A DNA stretch of 64,000 nucleotides from an uncultured delta proteobacterium (GCA_963850465.1 CAWKLN010000020.1:20538-84537), one strand, 5' to 3'; shown: positions 11,402 to 22,716, numbered from the stretch's first letter. Notes: generated by a model from the sequence alone, not told the origin. A program made the numbers and translations.

Positions 11402-11749
11402 TTATGAACGGCGGCACAAATCCTCGCGATTCACGAAGGGCAATTGGGCCACCGCACGGCGGATGTCCGGATCGTCCTCCAGCCAGTGCCGCAAATTCCC
11501 CAGCAGGCTGGCCACATAGGGGCTGCTGCTGCCGTCCGATGGCGCGTAATTGACCCACAGGCCGTCCTTGCATGAAGTTACGATACCCGCATCTTCAAGT
11601 ATTTTCAGATGTTTGGATACGGTGGGCTGGGCCAGCCCGAGAACGCCCTGCAGTTCGCAGACGCACATGGTGCGGCGTTGCAGCAATTTGACGATCTTGA
11701 CCCGGTTGGCATCGGCCAGGGCCTTCATGACGCGGGTAAAATGTTTCAT
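11402..11749 (-). CDS. arsR: ArsR/SmtB-family metalloregulator
   Basis: LADANRVKIVKLL...CVCEL...LAQPTVSKHLKIL is the winged-HTH signature with the CVC metal site. Confidence 0.9.
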   Translation of the reverse strand: MKHFTRVMKALADANRVKIVKLLQRRTMCVCELQGVLGLAQPTVSKHLKILEDAGIVTSCKDGLWVNYAPSDGSSSPYVASLLGNLRHWLEDDPDIRRAVAQLPFVNREDLCRRS

Positions 11750-11753
11750 CGAC

Positions 11754-11775
11754 TATATTCCTTTTGAGCAATATA
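11754..11775. promoter_or_regulatory. Inverted repeat TATATT-N10-AATATA just upstream of the arsR start; candidate operator
   Basis: 6-bp arms at 11754-11759 and 11770-11775, which is 5-26 nt upstream of the arsR ATG. The repeat is AT-rich and short, so chance occurrence is possible. Confidence 0.2.
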
Positions 11776-11868
11776 GTGATACAGCGCATGCGGTTGTCAA
11801 CCCCGATCCGGTCGGGAGTCTTAATTCACCTGCACCGCGTCCGCCACCCGGCGGACATCCGCCAGGCA

Positions 11869-12024
11869 TCAGGTGCCCCGGGGATGTTTCTCCCGGCACC
11901 GGCATTGGCCCATCGCCTTGGCCGCCTTTATTTCCGCCAGAATCCGGCTGGTGCCGTGCCGGCGCACATCGTCGATGATATCCTGTTCGGTATGGTTGAA
12001 GCAGTAGCAGATCCGTCGCGACAT
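11869..12024 (-). CDS. Small BFD-like (2Fe-2S)-binding-domain-like protein (51 aa)
   Basis: My own translation is MSRRICYCFNHTEQDIIDDVRRHGTSRILAEIKAAKAMGQCRCREKHPRGT. The CxC...CxC spacing resembles the BFD-like [2Fe-2S] domain. The ORF is below the ORF-track cut-off. Confidence 0.45.
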   Translation of the reverse strand: MSRRICYCFNHTEQDIIDDVRRHGTSRILAEIKAAKAMGQCRCREKHPRGT

Positions 12025-12132
12025 GGCATCGCACCCCTTTCAAAAATATTTGAACGCGTCGCACCCCTTCGTCTCAAGTCATCCGTTAAAAAGGCCGATA
12101 GGAATGATGGCTAACTTAACGGAATCGACACG

Positions 12133-14741
<2,609 letters not shown>

Positions 14742-14745
<4 letters not shown>

Positions 14746-15215
14746 CGGGAAATCAGAAAATCATGGAACGCACCGTACTTGTCATCGAAGACGATCATTT
14801 GAATATGAAACTCATGCGCAGCTTGCTCGGACTGGGGGGCTACCGCATGGTGGAGGCCGGCGACGCCGAAACCGGTCTGCGTTTGGCCGTCGAGCACAAG
14901 CCGGATCTCATCCTGATGGATGTCCAGCTGCCCGGGCTGGACGGTTTGTCCGCCACCCGGCGCCTCAAGGAAAACCCGGAGCTGGCCGCCATACCCGTTA
15001 TCGCCCTGACCGGGCTCGCCATGGAGGGCGATCGTGAAAAAGCGCTGGACGCCGGCTGCCAGGATTATATCAGTAAACCCATCAACACCCGCAGTTTTCT
15101 TGGCAGCCTGGGAGCGCTGCTCGTGCCGGAGGAAACGTACCGCCGCACCCGAACCGGAACCGGGGCCTTCCGCATCATTTCCCCGACCCTACAGTCGCGT
15201 CCTGGTGGTGGATGA
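14742..15215 (+). CDS. Response-regulator receiver domain protein; possibly the N-terminal module of the next gene
   Basis: [13 protein letters not shown]...[14 protein letters not shown]...ISKP receiver signature. The last ~25 codons overlap the beta-1 strand of the following receiver, which lies in another frame. Confidence 0.8.
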
Positions 15216-16584
15216 TGACCCCATGAACGTCAAACTGGTCACCGCCATTCTGAAAAAGGACCGCTACGAATGCTTTACGGCGTTTCACGGGGCCGAAGCC
15301 CTGGAGCAGGTACGCGCGAATCATCCGGACCTTATTCTGCTGGACGTCATGATGCCCGTCATGGACGGCTATGAAGTCACCCGCGAGCTCAAGAGCGATC
15401 CGCTAACCGCCGGCATTCCGATCATTATGATCACCGCCCTGAACGGCTCCGAGGACAAGGCCCGCGGGCTGGAATGCGGGGCGGATGAATTCCTGACCAA
15501 ACCGGTTAATTCGGCCGAGCTGCGGGCACGCGTCAAATCCATGCTGCGCCTCAAGCAATACCGGGACCAGCTTCTGCTGCGAAGTCGTTCGGCGAAGTCG
15601 TTCGACCGACAACCGGCGCCGGCGATTGCCGCGGGTGAGGGCATGCGCCGCCAGCATGTTCTTCTGGTGGAAGACAGCGAAAAAGACCTGCGTCTTCTCT
15701 CCAGCCAGATTCAGAGCCAGACGTATGATATCAGTGTGGTCCAGGATGGCGAAGAGGCCCTGCAGATCATCCTGGCCGGTGAAATCGATCTGGTGCTCCT
15801 GGACATTTTTCTGCCCGGCATGGACGGTTTCGATGTGTGCCAAAAGATCAAGGAAAGTGCCGCAACCCGCGATATCCAGGTGGCGCTGATCACCTGTCTG
15901 AAAGATCTGGAAGGGAAAATCAAGGGTATGGAAATTGGCGCCGACGACTATCTTGTCAAGCCCGTCGACAGCCGCGAACTGACCGCCCGCATCAAGGCCT
16001 TGCTGGCCAAGAAATCCTATCTGGATCGTCTGCACACCCACTACGAAGAGGCCCTCTCCTCGGCCATCAGCGATGGGCTCACCGGTCTTTACAATCAAAC
16101 CTATTTTAAAAAATACCTCGACCTGGAGCTCAAACGCAGCCGGCGCCAGAAATACCCCACCAGCCTGCTCATGCTCGATCTGGATGATTTCAAGGTGCTC
16201 AACGACCGCTACGGTCACCCGGTCGGCGACCACGTGTTACAGGACATCGCCCGGATCATCCGCGACAGCGTTCGGGAAGTGGACCTGGCCGCCCGCTACG
16301 GCGGCGAAGAATTCGCCGTGGTGCTGCCCTATGCCGATACCGAAGGCGCCCTGACCGTGGCCAATCGTATTCTGGAGACGGTGCGCGCCTATCGCCCGGA
16401 GGGTGAACTGGCCGGCGCCATTGAAGGCGTCACCATCAGCATCGGTCTGGCCAGCTGCCCGGCGGATTGCGACCAGCCCGCCACCCTGATTCAGGCGGCC
16501 GACCGCATGCTCTACGCGGCGAAATCATCCGGCAAAAACCGCATCGTCGTGGCTGAAAACCGGCACCACCTCAAGGCGGTTTGA
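15034..16584 (+). CDS. REC-REC-GGDEF diguanylate cyclase; start uncertain
   Basis: Two receiver domains (RVLVVDDDP...LLDVMMPVMDG...TKP and HVLLVEDSE...LLDIFLPGMDG...VKP) are followed by a GGDEF domain (RYGGEEFAVVLP). The only in-frame start upstream of the first beta strand is the GTG at 15034, which overlaps the previous gene by 182 nt. The internal GTGs at 15205 and 15208 would truncate the domain. Confidence 0.85.
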   Translation: MKKRWTPAARIISVNPSTPAVFLAAWERCSCRRKRTAAPEPEPGPSASFPRPYSRVLVVDDDPMNVKLVTAILKKDRYECFTAFHGAEALEQVRANHPDLILLDVMMPVMDGYEVTRELKSDPLTAGIPIIMITALNGSEDKARGLECGADEFLTKPVNSAELRARVKSMLRLKQYRDQLLLRSRSAKSFDRQPAPAIAAGEGMRRQHVLLVEDSEKDLRLLSSQIQSQTYDISVVQDGEEALQIILAGEIDLVLLDIFLPGMDGFDVCQKIKESAATRDIQVALITCLKDLEGKIKGMEIGADDYLVKPVDSRELTARIKALLAKKSYLDRLHTHYEEALSSAISDGLTGLYNQTYFKKYLDLELKRSRRQKYPTSLLMLDLDDFKVLNDRYGHPVGDHVLQDIARIIRDSVREVDLAARYGGEEFAVVLPYADTEGALTVANRILETVRAYRPEGELAGAIEGVTISIGLASCPADCDQPATLIQAADRMLYAAKSSGKNRIVVAENRHHLKAV

Positions 16585-16694
16585 TCACGTCCGCCCAATC
16601 GGCGTCAGTAGGTAAAGAAGTGCAGCGTAAGTGAAGTACGCGGCAACTTGGAATGTACTTCTTAATAGATCGTGCAGGAAAGCTGCCTGCCGCA

Positions 16695-16800
16695 GACCTG
16701 AGGCCGTGAGACGCCCACAGGCAAGGCGGGCATGGGGAGAGAAGTAAGGCGTACACCAGGACGCCGCAGCGACGAACACCGTCGCCCAACGCCGCATGTG
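16695..16800. repeat. Diverged copy (about 106 bp) of the repeat core found at 17011-17116 and 17137-17243
   Basis: It shares GACCTGAGGCCGTGAGACGC-CACAGGCAAGGC...GGCGTACACCAGG-ACGCCGCAGC-ACGAACACCG-CGCCCAACGCCGCATGT with the downstream copies. Confidence 0.8.
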
Positions 16801-16992
16801 AAGTGGTTTCAAAACGCCATCTAACGCCCAATGGCGGCGTTAGGCCGCCTTCGCGGCATTCCTCGTCGTGTTTTATCAACAAAGGTGAGTCGCCCATCGG
16901 CAAAAGGCGCACATAGCAGTGAATATGCTCCCCGTTTTCACAAGCTGCGCCTGCTCTTGAACGCGATCTGAGGTTTTGACACCACTGTCAGT

Positions 16993-17264
16993 CCTTTTCT
17001 CCAGCCGAAGGACCTGAGGCCGCGAGACGCTCACAGGCAAGGCCGGCAAGGGGTGAGGCGCGAGGCGTACACCAGGTACGCCGCAGCAACGACCACCGTA
17101 GCCCAACGCCGCATGTCGCCCTTTTCTCCCGCCGAAGACCTGAGGCCGTGAGACGCGCACAGGCAAGGCCGGCAAGGGGTGAGGCGCGAGGCGTACACCA
17201 GGTACGCCGCAGCAACGAACACCGCCGCCCAACGCCGCATGTGCGCGTCTCACGGCCTCAGGTC
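16993..17264. repeat. Two tandem 126-bp repeat units; the second core is closed by a perfect 25-bp inverted repeat (17137-17161 and 17240-17264)
   Basis: The unit is CCTTTTCTCC(A/C)GCCGAAG plus a 106-bp core. The copies starting at 17011 and 17137 differ at only a few positions. The right arm of the inverted repeat overlaps the stop codon (17263-17265) of the minus-strand CBS gene. Confidence 0.85.
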
Positions 17265-18534
17265 AGGCGGTCTTGAGGATGGCGTCCCTGCTAATCATCC
17301 CCCGAAACCGCCCCCCAGCATCCACTACCGGCAGGCGCTTGAGGCGCTTGTCCACCATCAGGCGGATGGCCTCTTCGATGCTGGTGCTCTCGCCCACGAT
17401 CACCAGGTCGGTTTTCATCACGTCACCGGCGGTCTTTTCCCGCAGGGTTTTGCGCAGCTCCAGGGAACACTCGTGGCTGGTCTTGAAGCTCAGCTTGCAG
17501 CTGAGGTAGTCCCAGAAACCGTGTCCCTTGCCGGCAAATGCGGCCAGCAGGTCCCGATCGGCGATCAAACCCAGGAAACGCCCGTCCGCCGCCACCACCG
17601 CGACACGCTGGATATCGTCCGTGTCGATGATGCGGATGACGTCTTCCACCGAGGTCTCCGCCCGCACGGTCTGGCTGTCCCGGCGCATGATGTCCGACAC
17701 ATAGCGGCGATTCTGCACCTGGACGTTGCGCTGGCGGATGGCGTCCCAGTCCGGCGCTTCCCGGGTGATGGTCCGGAACACGTCCACCCGGGACAGCATG
17801 CCCGTCAGGAGGCCGTTTTCGTCGACCACCGGCAGGCGCTTGACCTTTTTGCGCAGCATGAGATCCACGGCCTCGGTGAGTTTGTGGCCTTCCTGGATCA
17901 CTACGGCGGGACGGGTCATGATGGCTTCGGCCTGCTTTCCGGCCAGGGCGTCCAGCGCGCTGTCCTTGCGGCCGGGCGCCGACTCGGCCAGAAGGCCCAG
18001 GCGCAGCGGCATGCCGGCCCGGTATACCAGGTCGCCCTGGGTGATGATGCCCACCGGCCGCCCGGCCCGGTCCACCACCGGCACGCCGGTAAAGACGGCC
18101 GGCAATAAGAGGCGCACCACCTCGCTGGCCGGGGTTTCCGGCCCCACCCGCTGGGGGTCGGGCGTCATGATATCGCGCACCTTGATCTGCCGGGGAATCA
18201 GGTTCTGCCGGGTTTTGTAGGAGCGCACATCCAGGTCGCGCACCGCCACGATACCGTCCGGCACCCTGCTCTCCAGAGCTGTCAAAACGGCTTCCGCTTC
18301 GGTGGCCGGCAGAATGATCTCGATTTTGACGGGCATGTTGTAGGAAATGGTCAAAAGGCTTTGCGAGGCGATCTCCCCGGTTTCATAGCATCCGGCCGTG
18401 GCGCGGGAAACAAAGCAACGGGCTGCGATTTTCAAACTTTTGACATAGTCCACCACAGCTTCGTGGAGCGGTTTGCCATGCTGGCGGACTTCTTCCGCTG
18501 TATAAATCGTGATCAGACGGTAGTTCATGGCCAT
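17263..18534 (-). CDS. DUF190-domain protein fused to four CBS domains
   Basis: The likely start is ATGGCCATGA at 18534, overlapping the crcB stop. The N-terminus MAMNYRLITIYTAEEVRQHGKPLHEAVVDYV is DUF190-like. Four CBS modules follow (IMTPDPQRV..., IMTRPAVVI..., IMRRDSQTV..., VMKTDLVIV...). Confidence 0.85.
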   Translation of the reverse strand: MAMNYRLITIYTAEEVRQHGKPLHEAVVDYVKSLKIAARCFVSRATAGCYETGEIASQSLLTISYNMPVKIEIILPATEAEAVLTALESRVPDGIVAVRDLDVRSYKTRQNLIPRQIKVRDIMTPDPQRVGPETPASEVVRLLLPAVFTGVPVVDRAGRPVGIITQGDLVYRAGMPLRLGLLAESAPGRKDSALDALAGKQAEAIMTRPAVVIQEGHKLTEAVDLMLRKKVKRLPVVDENGLLTGMLSRVDVFRTITREAPDWDAIRQRNVQVQNRRYVSDIMRRDSQTVRAETSVEDVIRIIDTDDIQRVAVVAADGRFLGLIADRDLLAAFAGKGHGFWDYLSCKLSFKTSHECSLELRKTLREKTAGDVMKTDLVIVGESTSIEEAIRLMVDKRLKRLPVVDAGGRFRGMISRDAILKTA

Positions 18535-18935
18535 GTCGCACCTCCTTTGAACAGGATCTGGACCAGCCAGATACCGGCCAGGACCAGTCCGATGCCACCG
18601 ATGTTGTTGGCCAGAAAAGTGATCGCCGCCACACCAAAGCCCCCGCCGCGAAGGGATTCCACGACTTCCAGGGCGTAGGTGGAAAACGTGGTCAGCGCTC
18701 CCAGGAACCCGGTCATGAAAAACAGCCGCACGGACGGGGTCAGCAGCGGCAGGCGGTCCACCAGGGCGAAGGCCACGCCGATCAGGAAGCACCCGATCAT
18801 GTTGGCTATGAACGTGCCCCAGCTCAGCCCGGTGCCGAACAGGCGGATCGCCCCCAGCGACACCAGATAGCGACCCACGGCCCCCAGGCTGCCCCCGGCC
18901 ATTACGAGAAGTATTTTGGTCAGCATCTCCGTCAT
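18525..18935 (-). CDS. crcB: Fluoride ion channel CrcB/FluC
   Basis: MTEMLTKILLVMAGGSLGAVGRYL...FLGALTTFSTY is the CrcB signature. The start could be 18935 or 18926. The longer ORF-track N-terminus (to 19097) looks non-coding. Confidence 0.9.
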   Translation of the reverse strand: MTEMLTKILLVMAGGSLGAVGRYLVSLGAIRLFGTGLSWGTFIANMIGCFLIGVAFALVDRLPLLTPSVRLFFMTGFLGALTTFSTYALEVVESLRGGGFGVAAITFLANNIGGIGLVLAGIWLVQILFKGGATWP

Positions 18936-19538
18936 CTGTGATGTGTCAATCCGCTCAACGACCGTTGCCGTTAGTCCGGCCCGTATGCCCTCGTCACGAG
19001 GCAGAGTGCTCGGGAAACTGTGCACCATTCGCGCGTCATGGATCCACCTGTCCCGCCATCGCATTTTCTTCATAGGCTGAATGCCGCCTGATTTCAACTG
19101 ATTATAACAAACATACCAGAAGGCATAGACAACGGCTTCAATGGCATATAAAAGGGTCAGTGAAGGGGTCTGCTCCTAACGCATTAACCATCCAATTAAG
19201 TCAAGGGCAGATTTGACCCCTTCATTTTGATCATCATCGACGTCGTATCGAAGTGGCGATTGAGCGCGGTATAAAGAAGCAAAATCATTCTACTTGTGCA
19301 GATCTATTTCCTTGAAAATCAAAATTTTCTAACCAGATGTGAGACAACCATATACCTCGCGTCATAATGATATCTGACAGATCCTCGGTGTTATCCCGTT
19401 AATCAAAAGGATTAGGTTGCAAACTTTATGTAAATAGGTTGAAATCAAGGATCGCCTGTCTCACACCCCTTCGGACGTGATGAGATGATCACCCGCAAGG
19501 ACTGATTTCACAACACCTTCAATGACAGGATGCCATCC

Positions 19539-20012
19539 ATGAAAACCGACACCCGCAATGCTGGCCGCCGGCGATGGTTTTTCCCGGTGTTGATCTTCCT
19601 GCTGTTGTCTCCGGCAGGATGCCTGTCCACCGGTAAAGGGAAAAAGCCTGCGGCCACCCCCCTGACGGACATTACGTGGCAATGGGTCGAATCCGTCGAA
19701 GAGGAGGGCGGCGCCATGACGACCGTGCCGAATCCTGAAAAGTACACCATCGTTTTCCGGGGAGACGGGACTTACCACGGCATGGCCGACTGCAACCGGA
19801 TCAGCGGCAGCTACGTGCAGGTAGAGGGGTTTAAAATTGCCCCCGGGCCATCGACCACGGCCTACTGCGGAGAAGACTCGTTGGATAAGAAATTCCTTGA
19901 GCTGCTTGGTCTGGCCGTCGCAGGCGGGCTCGACGGCAACGGCCGGCTGGTGCTGGAGCCGGCCCGCGGCACCACCCGCATCATATTCCGCAACGGAGGC
20001 GTTGCCCCCTGA
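19539..20012 (+). CDS. META-domain (HslJ-like) lipoprotein
   Basis: The lipobox is LLLSPAGC. ITWQWVES...MADCNRISGSY...STTAYCGEDSLDKKFLELL is typical of the META domain. Confidence 0.8.
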   Translation: MKTDTRNAGRRRWFFPVLIFLLLSPAGCLSTGKGKKPAATPLTDITWQWVESVEEEGGAMTTVPNPEKYTIVFRGDGTYHGMADCNRISGSYVQVEGFKIAPGPSTTAYCGEDSLDKKFLELLGLAVAGGLDGNGRLVLEPARGTTRIIFRNGGVAP

Positions 20013-20023
20013 CAGGCATCGGC

Positions 20024-20575
20024 ATGAAATATCTCCTTGTCCTGCTTATCGTTATGACCGGCAGTGCCGCCCTGGCGGATATCTACAAGTGCGTCGATGC
20101 CGATGGCACCATCACCTACTCCGACACGGGGTGCCCTGAGGGTGCCAAACAAGTCGACCAAAGACCGGAAATCGCTCCGGCCGAAACCAAAAAGCTGAAA
20201 CCCCGCGAGCCACTCACAGATCGCCTGAACCGCCTGTGGACCGTCGACCGGTATCGAACCCTTACATCTCCCCGGGTGGTGATGGGGGTGTACGGCCTGA
20301 TGAGTATCTTCTGTTTCATTGCCACCTATCGCGACAAGCGCAAATCCATGAAGGGGCAATGGCGCACGCCCGAGAGAACCCTGCATCTCCTCGAACTGCT
20401 GGGGGGCTGGCCCGGCGGTCTGGTGGCCCAGCAGGTGTTCCGCCACAAGACCGGGAAGCTTTCCTACCAGCTGACGTTCTGGTGTATCGTGGGGCTGCAC
20501 GGCCTGGTTTGGGCCGACATCTTGCTTAAGCACACGATGTCCCGGGCGGTGCTGGATTTCGCGCGCAGCTTTTAA
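20024..20575 (+). CDS. DUF4124 plus DUF1294 domain membrane protein
   Basis: A signal peptide is followed by DIYKCVDADGTITYSD (DUF4124-like). The C-terminal part, RTPERTLHLLELLGGWPGGLVAQQVFRHKT, is DUF1294-like. Confidence 0.75.
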   Translation: MKYLLVLLIVMTGSAALADIYKCVDADGTITYSDTGCPEGAKQVDQRPEIAPAETKKLKPREPLTDRLNRLWTVDRYRTLTSPRVVMGVYGLMSIFCFIATYRDKRKSMKGQWRTPERTLHLLELLGGWPGGLVAQQVFRHKTGKLSYQLTFWCIVGLHGLVWADILLKHTMSRAVLDFARSF

Positions 20576-20591
20576 TAGGAACCGGATTTGA

Positions 20592-21101
20592 GTGGACCCC
20601 GTCCCCGTGAAAACCAAATGGACCGCCTTTTTCTTCCCTGACATCAACCGCGCCTTTATCTTGCGGTTGCTGACCGTCGCGCTGTCGGCCGCCCTCATAT
20701 TCGGCTTCGTCCTGATCCCCTTCCGCATCCAGGGGCACAGCATGGCGCCCACCTACCGTGACGGGGGGTTCAATTTCTGCAATAAGCTGCGGTTTGTTTT
20801 CAAACGCCCGCAACCGCAGGATGTGGTCGCTATCCGCCTGGCCGGCCAAAGCATCATGCTGCTCAAGCGGGTGGTCGCCCTGGAGCGTGATGTGGTGGAA
20901 TTCCGGGCCGGACAGTTGTTCGTGAACAACCGGCCGGTCGACGAACCCTATGTCCACGATCCGGTCGCCTGGAATCTTCCTCCGCGCACGGTAGACCGAG
21001 GCCACGTCTATGTCGTGGGGGATAACCGCCGTGTGCCGATGCATATTCACCAGTTCGGCCAAACGTCCATCGACCGGATTATCGGAGGACCGCTGTGGTA
21101 G
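20592..21101 (+). CDS. lepB: Signal peptidase I (S26 family)
   Basis: The catalytic Ser motif GHSMAPT, the Lys motif LLKRVVAL and the GDNR box are all present. Confidence 0.85.
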   Translation: MDPVPVKTKWTAFFFPDINRAFILRLLTVALSAALIFGFVLIPFRIQGHSMAPTYRDGGFNFCNKLRFVFKRPQPQDVVAIRLAGQSIMLLKRVVALERDVVEFRAGQLFVNNRPVDEPYVHDPVAWNLPPRTVDRGHVYVVGDNRRVPMHIHQFGQTSIDRIIGGPLW

Positions 21102-21595
21102 CAAACAAGAAATGGGGGATCATCGGTGTTGTTCTGGCCATCGGGGTCGTCCTGTTTTTCATCCTTCAGCCCGGAGACGCCGCCCGCATCAAAAAACAGT
21201 TCGACTTTCTAGCCGCCAACATCGACAAAGCTCCGGATGAAAACCAGCTGATCGGGGCCGCCAACGCCAAACGTATCCGGGACGCGTTCACGGAGACCGT
21301 GAGCATCCATGCGCCGGCCTACCGCTATACCCGCGATCTGGCGGCGGCCGAGCTGCCGGCCCTGGTCCTCAGTGCCCGGATGCCCTATACCGAACTGTCG
21401 CTGGCCTTCTATGACTATACCATCGATGTTCCCCAGGAAGGCCGGGCCGAGGTCCGGGTCACGTCGCGGATGCGGGGACGATTGCCATCCGGTGAGGCCG
21501 TCGAAGATATCCAGGAATTGAACTGCCGCTTGCGGGAAATCGATGGCACCTGGCGATTTGAGGCGATTGAAATCGTCGCGGTTCTCGAGCAATAA
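21095..21595 (+). CDS. Hypothetical membrane-anchored protein
   Basis: The GTG start is 5 nt after GGAGGA. There is one N-terminal TM helix. I recognised no family. Confidence 0.55.
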   Translation: MVANKKWGIIGVVLAIGVVLFFILQPGDAARIKKQFDFLAANIDKAPDENQLIGAANAKRIRDAFTETVSIHAPAYRYTRDLAAAELPALVLSARMPYTELSLAFYDYTIDVPQEGRAEVRVTSRMRGRLPSGEAVEDIQELNCRLREIDGTWRFEAIEIVAVLEQ

Positions 21596-21783
21596 TGCGG
21601 CTTGCGAACGGGCCGGCCGATCCCGTTCCTTGATGACGTTCCCTGCGCCGGGCCTCGCCGCACGACCCATTTCCCCAGGGTTTCCAGGCCGCATGAACTT
21701 GCCAAAACGTTTGATCGCCTTAGCGTAACGTTAGGTTCGCCGCAATAAAGACACGGTATACTGCTCGACTCGGGAGGAAAACC

Positions 21784-22626
21784 ATGCGATGGAGAAACCA
21801 GCGACGAAGCACCAACATCGAAGACCGGCGCCGCAGGCCCATGTCGCGCAAAGTGGCCGGTGGCGGCCTGGGAACCATCGTCCTGGTCCTGGTCGGCCTG
21901 TACTTCGGTATTGACCCGGGCGTCATTTTGCAGAGCACCGGCGCGCTGTCGCCGCCTTCGCAGACCTCCCCGGTCGCGCTGTCTCCGGCGGAAAAGGAGC
22001 TGGGCGAATTCGTGGCGGTGGTTCTGGCCGACACGGAAGACACCTGGCACGCCATATTCCAGCAAGAGGGCAGCCGGTACCGGGAACCCACATTGGTGCT
22101 CTTTTCCGGCGCCGTGGAATCCGCCTGTGGCTATGCCCAATCGGCCACGGGGCCGTTTTATTGTCCCGCCGATGAAAAGGTGTACATCGACCTGAGCTTT
22201 TTCGAGGCCCTGCAAAACCGGTTCGGCGCCCCGGGAGATTTTGCCCAGGCCTATGTCATCGCCCACGAAATCGGCCATCACGTACAGACCCTGGCGGGTA
22301 TTTCTGAAAAGGTGCACGCCGCCAAGCGTCAACGCTCCGAGCGCGAAGCCAACGCCCTGTCCGTCCGCCAGGAACTCCAGGCGGATTGCTTTGCGGGCAT
22401 CTGGGCCTACCACGCGGACCGCACCCGCCAGTTGCTGGAAAAGGGTGATATCGAAGAAGCCCTCAACGCGGCCAACGCCATCGGCGATGACCGCCTTCAG
22501 ATGCAGTCCCGGGGCCATGTCGTCCCGGACTCCTTTACGCACGGATCATCCGCCCAGCGCATTGACTGGTTCAAGCGCGGCTTGGCCACCGGAAGCCTGT
22601 CCTCCTGCAACACCTTCAAGGATTAA
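21784..22626 (+). CDS. Neutral zinc metallopeptidase (YpfJ-like)
   Basis: N-terminal RRSTNIEDRR followed by a TM helix, with the HEIGHHVQ zinc motif. Confidence 0.85.
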   Translation: MRWRNQRRSTNIEDRRRRPMSRKVAGGGLGTIVLVLVGLYFGIDPGVILQSTGALSPPSQTSPVALSPAEKELGEFVAVVLADTEDTWHAIFQQEGSRYREPTLVLFSGAVESACGYAQSATGPFYCPADEKVYIDLSFFEALQNRFGAPGDFAQAYVIAHEIGHHVQTLAGISEKVHAAKRQRSEREANALSVRQELQADCFAGIWAYHADRTRQLLEKGDIEEALNAANAIGDDRLQMQSRGHVVPDSFTHGSSAQRIDWFKRGLATGSLSSCNTFKD

Positions 22627-22716
22627 CCCTTTGACCAACCAGAAAAGAAACGTCGCATCCATCGGCAGGACCGTCTGCAGCGCCGCCATTCCGGCGGATG
22701 CCACAGGAGAATCGAT

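Noticed and set aside
16876-17253. Minus-strand ORFs encoding repeated MRRWA..VAAAYLVYASRLTPCRPCL peptides.
   Set aside because: They simply follow the 126-bp DNA repeat. One copy is ended by a point difference that creates a TGA. Ala/Arg/Val-rich sequence is expected from GC-rich DNA. I kept this only as a minor alternative under the repeat finding.
16695-17264. Considered a CRISPR array, a DGR template/variable repeat pair, or a retron msr/msd.
   Set aside because: The repeats are contiguous without unique spacers. The differences between copies are not adenine-specific. No cas gene or reverse transcriptase gene is present in the window.
18936-19110. Expected a fluoride (crcB-motif) riboswitch upstream of crcB.
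   Set aside because: Reading the minus strand, I found GCGAUGG and CCAU fragments. I did not find the conserved GGnGAUGG..UUC..CCAUnAACnGCC...CUnAUGAnnCCUAC arrangement. I cannot support a riboswitch call without a covariance-model scan.
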